A stretch of 29,700 nt of DNA, taken from the IMG/VR virus record IMGVR_UViG_3300005805_000328, positions 1 to 29,700 of that record, one strand, 5' to 3'. This document shows, piece after piece, positions 26,836-29,700 of the stretch (its first letter is position 1; each line of letters starts with the position of its first letter). Under the pieces are notes generated by a model that worked only from the letters and a program-made list of their open reading frames with translations, made no database searches and was not told the DNA's origin. This DNA comes from a virus (lineage: Duplodnaviria; Caudoviricetes). Both the position numbers and the translations under genes were made by a program.

Positions 26836-29700
26836 ATGGCTTATACGATTAAAAGAACCAATGGTAGTACAATAACAATTGAAGATAATGCACTGGATAC
26901 CACGTATGGTGTACAGTTAATTGGTAAGAATCGTCTGGGTTTCGGAACCTCCTTCAATCAGAATTTTTTCCGTTTGATGGAAAATTTCAGCAACAGTTCT
27001 TCACCCAGTAATCCAGTAAGTGGCCAGCTGTGGTGGGATACTGCTGGATTTTTGAAGGTCTACACCGGTAGTACCTGGAAACAGGTAAGCAGCGCCCTGG
27101 TATCTGAACCAGCAGCGCCAGTGAATGGTGACTTGTGGTTGGATACAGTTAATGCTCAGCTCAAAGCCTACAATGGAACCACTGGCACCTGGATCACAGT
27201 GGGGCCCAGTAACGCAACCACAGGTGTACAGAATGGATTCGTAACCGAAGCGATTACACAGGGAGCGTCAGACGTATATGTCGCCACCATGTACGTGGAT
27301 GGAACCAGAGTAGCTATCCTGTCCAGACAAAATTTAACTGGTACTGCATATAGTGGTTTTACTGATCCCAGAATAGGTTTAAATTTCAACACAAACTTAA
27401 ATTGCGGTATCTATAATGCAAACATCAGTGGCACCACAGGCGTTTTTTCAGGCAATGTCACAGTTGGTAATATCAACAACGTTAGCGGTATTTTAAGTGT
27501 CACTGGCAACGCCACGCTGGGTAATATCATTTCAGCAGGATCAGCAGCTATATCAGGCGGCATTGCCAGCACCAGTACCACTACAGGTACCATGCGGATC
27601 ACTGGTGGAGCTGGTATCACCGGCAATCTCAATGTGGGCGGCAATGCCAGCGCCGGAAACATCAGCATCACTGGAGCAGCATCAGTTACTGGCAACGTCA
27701 TTGTGGGAGCCAATTTAACAGTAACCGGCAACGCTGAACTGGGCGGTAATGCCAATGTCAAAATCACTGGTGGAACCAGTGGCCAACTTTTAAGCACAGA
27801 TGGTAGTGGAAACCTAACCTGGATATCACCTACCTCGGGAACTATTAACATTGGCACTGTGAATCGTTTGGCCTATTATACTGGTGCAACCGATTTGAGC
27901 GCAACTTCTTCCAGCCTGTCCTGGAACGATGCAACTAACACATTGGCGCTAACGGGGAACCTGCAAGCAACCAATATCACTATTAGCGGAAATCTCACAG
28001 TAGATACCAATACATTTTATATTGATGCCAATAATAATCGAGTAGGAATTGGTACAACTGCTCCCAGCCATCGTATGCATGTGTATCAAGTTGATACTGA
28101 TTCTCTTAACAACACTAATTTTCGCAATGAGTATATAGTTGCACCCACAGTGGTAGCAGGTCAGACATACATTGGTGGAAATCTAGAAACTCGTTATACC
28201 GCGTCGGTTAATGGATCCAACATCACGGTGGTGGGAAGCCAGAGCAGAGCTCTTGCTAGTGGATCAGGCAATGTCCAGAATCTGGAATCCCTGAGACTGC
28301 TCACTACCTCTGATAACAGCGGTAATGTAACAACTTCCTATGGTGCCAACATTAGTTTGAGTTTAACCAATACTGGTAATGTTCAGTCACACTATAGTGT
28401 ATATGTCAGAAATCCTGTCAGAACCGGTGCTGGTAATGTAACAAATAATTATGGTTTGTTTGTGGAAAATCAGACCACTGGAACAGCTAATAATTATGCA
28501 GTTTACAGTGCTGGTGGTACCAATTACTTTGGTGGTAACGTTCTAGTAGGAACATTGACTACACCCAGCGCCAATCTCACAGTGAATGGAACAACCAATC
28601 TGGGTCCTATTAGCAATGTGACCATCACTGGTGGGTCGGCCAATCAGGTACTGACCACCAATGGTAGTGGCGTTCTGAGTTGGGTAACACCTGGTACCAT
28701 TAACAGTGGCACTGCTGGCAGAATTGCATTTTATGCAACTTCTGGAACAGTGCTTAGTGAGACCAATTCTGCACTAGCCTGGAATAATTCTTCCAATGTA
28801 CTCACTGTGGGAGGAAATGTTAGTACATCCAATCTAACAGTGACTTCCACTGGGAACATTCAGACGCTGGAAGTACCAGCGTCAGGCTCAGCCAACATCA
28901 AATCTACAACCACATCAACCACCAGCACTACAGGTGCATTGGTCGTAGCAGGCGGTGCTGGTATTGGTGGCAACATATATGTGGGTACCAACGCCAATAT
29001 TGCAGGAACAGCCAATGTGGTTGGTAATTTATCAGTGGGTAACGTAACCACTGCCGGTAACGCCACTGTGGGCAATCTTTCAGCTACAGCCAATATCAGT
29101 GCTGGTAATGCGTCCGTCACATCAAACATATCAGCTGGTAATATAACCACTACTGCAAACGTGTCGGCAGGTAACGTTACAGCTACAGCCAATGTGGCTG
29201 CTGCAAACCTCAGAGCTTCAGCTACACTGAATGTCACAGGCAATGCCAACGTGGGCAACCTGGGTACAGCTGGAAACATCACAGCCAGTTACTTCTTTGG
29301 TAATGGCAGTCAGCTTACAGGAATAGCAATAGGACCTCCCACCAGCATTGTAAATGGAACCAGCAATGTGGTTGCTGCGAGCAGTGGCAACGTCACCACC
29401 AGTGTGGCAGGCACTGCTGATGTCTTGGTGGTGACCAGCACTGGTGCCAATATTGCTGGAACAGCTAATATAACTGGAAATCTTTATGCCAGAAGAATAG
29501 GCAACACAGCTGGTGGTGCAGTATTCACCTTGCCTGATACAGATGGATCAGCGGGTCAGGTACTGATCACAAATGGGCTGGGAGTTCTAAGTTGGACCAA
29601 TAACGGTGCTGGAGCTATCCCCACCCAGGTGGCAAATGGGACTAGTAACGTAGTAGTGGTTCTTAATGGAAACATAGCTCTAAGTGCGTCAGCCACTAGT
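26836..29700 (+). CDS. Tail fibre protein, >955 aa (3'-truncated), not in ORF track
   Basis: ATG 26836 with SD GGAG (26825-26828); I translated it with no stop to the window end. N-terminus 'MAYTIKRTNG..QLIGKN..NQNFFRLMENF..PSNPVSGQLWWD..LKVY..GDLWLD'; G/N/T/S/A/V-rich shaft; 'NNRVGIGTTAPS'; 'YFFGNGSQLTGI'. Confidence 0.9.
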   Translation, partial: MAYTIKRTNGSTITIEDNALDTTYGVQLIGKNRLGFGTSFNQNFFRLMENFSNSSSPSNPVSGQLWWDTAGFLKVYTGSTWKQVSSALVSEPAAPVNGDLWLDTVNAQLKAYNGTTGTWITVGPSNATTGVQNGFVTEAITQGASDVYVATMYVDGTRVAILSRQNLTGTAYSGFTDPRIGLNFNTNLNCGIYNANISGTTGVFSGNVTVGNINNVSGILSVTGNATLGNIISAGSAAISGGIASTSTTTGTMRITGGAGITGNLNVGGNASAGNISITGAASVTGNVIVGANLTVTGNAELGGNANVKITGGTSGQLLSTDGSGNLTWISPTSGTINIGTVNRLAYYTGATDLSATSSSLSWNDATNTLALTGNLQATNITISGNLTVDTNTFYIDANNNRVGIGTTAPSHRMHVYQVDTDSLNNTNFRNEYIVAPTVVAGQTYIGGNLETRYTASVNGSNITVVGSQSRALASGSGNVQNLESLRLLTTSDNSGNVTTSYGANISLSLTNTGNVQSHYSVYVRNPVRTGAGNVTNNYGLFVENQTTGTANNYAVYSAGGTNYFGGNVLVGTLTTPSANLTVNGTTNLGPISNVTITGGSANQVLTTNGSGVLSWVTPGTINSGTAGRIAFYATSGTVLSETNSALAWNNSSNVLTVGGNVSTSNLTVTSTGNIQTLEVPASGSANIKSTTTSTTSTTGALVVAGGAGIGGNIYVGTNANIAGTANVVGNLSVGNVTTAGNATVGNLSATANISAGNASVTSNISAGNITTTANVSAGNVTATANVAAANLRASATLNVTGNANVGNLGTAGNITASYFFGNGSQLTGIAIGPPTSIVNGTSNVVAASSGNVTTSVAGTADVLVVTSTGANIAGTANITGNLYARRIGNTAGGAVFTLPDTDGSAGQVLITNGLGVLSWTNNGAGAIPTQVANGTSNVVVVLNGNIALSASATS
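27763..29595 (+). repeat. Internal duplicated fibre modules
   Basis: 'ITGGTSGQLLSTDGSGNLTWISP..GTINIGTVNRLAYY..LSWND' (27763-27960) vs 'ITGGSANQVLTTNGSGVLSWVTPGTINSGTAGRIAFY..LAWNN' (28624-28818); partial third copy 'GSAGQVLITNGLGVLSW' (29545-29595). Confidence 0.85.
29023..29220 (+). repeat. Tandem 11-aa (5+6) repeat, about 6 units
   Basis: GNLSV GNVTTA / GNATV GNLSAT / ANISA GNASVT / SNISA GNITTT / ANVSA GNVTAT / ANVAA ANLRAS. Confidence 0.85.

Noticed and set aside
298-29282. Numerous short minus-strand and alternate-frame ORFs in the track
   Set aside because: Nearly all lie within long plus-strand genes, show no recognisable motifs, and are expected shadows of biased codon usage.
1-29700. 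Stop-codon reassignment as seen in some large phages
   Set aside because: Genes tile the window in the standard code and TAG, TGA and TAA all end genes at sensible boundaries.
8034-29700. Diversity-generating retroelement, invertible fibre cassette or intein
   Set aside because: No reverse transcriptase or invertase, no near-identical DNA repeat pair differing at adenines, and no intein splice or LAGLIDADG motifs were noticed; repeats are diverged and protein-level. Such elements could lie outside the window.

Overview
The window is an unbroken, all plus-strand stretch of the tail/baseplate module of a large contractile-tailed (T4-like myovirus-type) bacteriophage, in the standard genetic code. 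Gene order: 5'-truncated gp27-like baseplate hub; gp5-like central spike (OB-fold plus beta-helix, no embedded lysozyme); a separate lysozyme-fold protein; gp25; an enlarged gp6 wedge (likely true start 4556); an 18 kb gene for a 6007-aa modular baseplate/adhesin protein; a 48-aa ORF missed by the ORF track; a 202-aa probable fibre-attachment protein; and a >955-aa tail fibre, also missed by the track, that runs off the 3' end. T4-late-promoter-like TAAATA boxes sit at gene junctions. The most unusual points are the nested-insertion architecture of the giant protein (a ~55-aa module present 8 times, three times inside one LamG domain and once inside a copy of itself), a YHYH domain lacking its signature histidines, an apparently leaderless micro-ORF resembling the N-terminus of the next gene, and a long run of N-x-S/T motifs in the fibre. 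I saw no RNA genes, CRISPR arrays, mobile elements or defence systems. All family assignments come from motif recognition by eye, not database searches.
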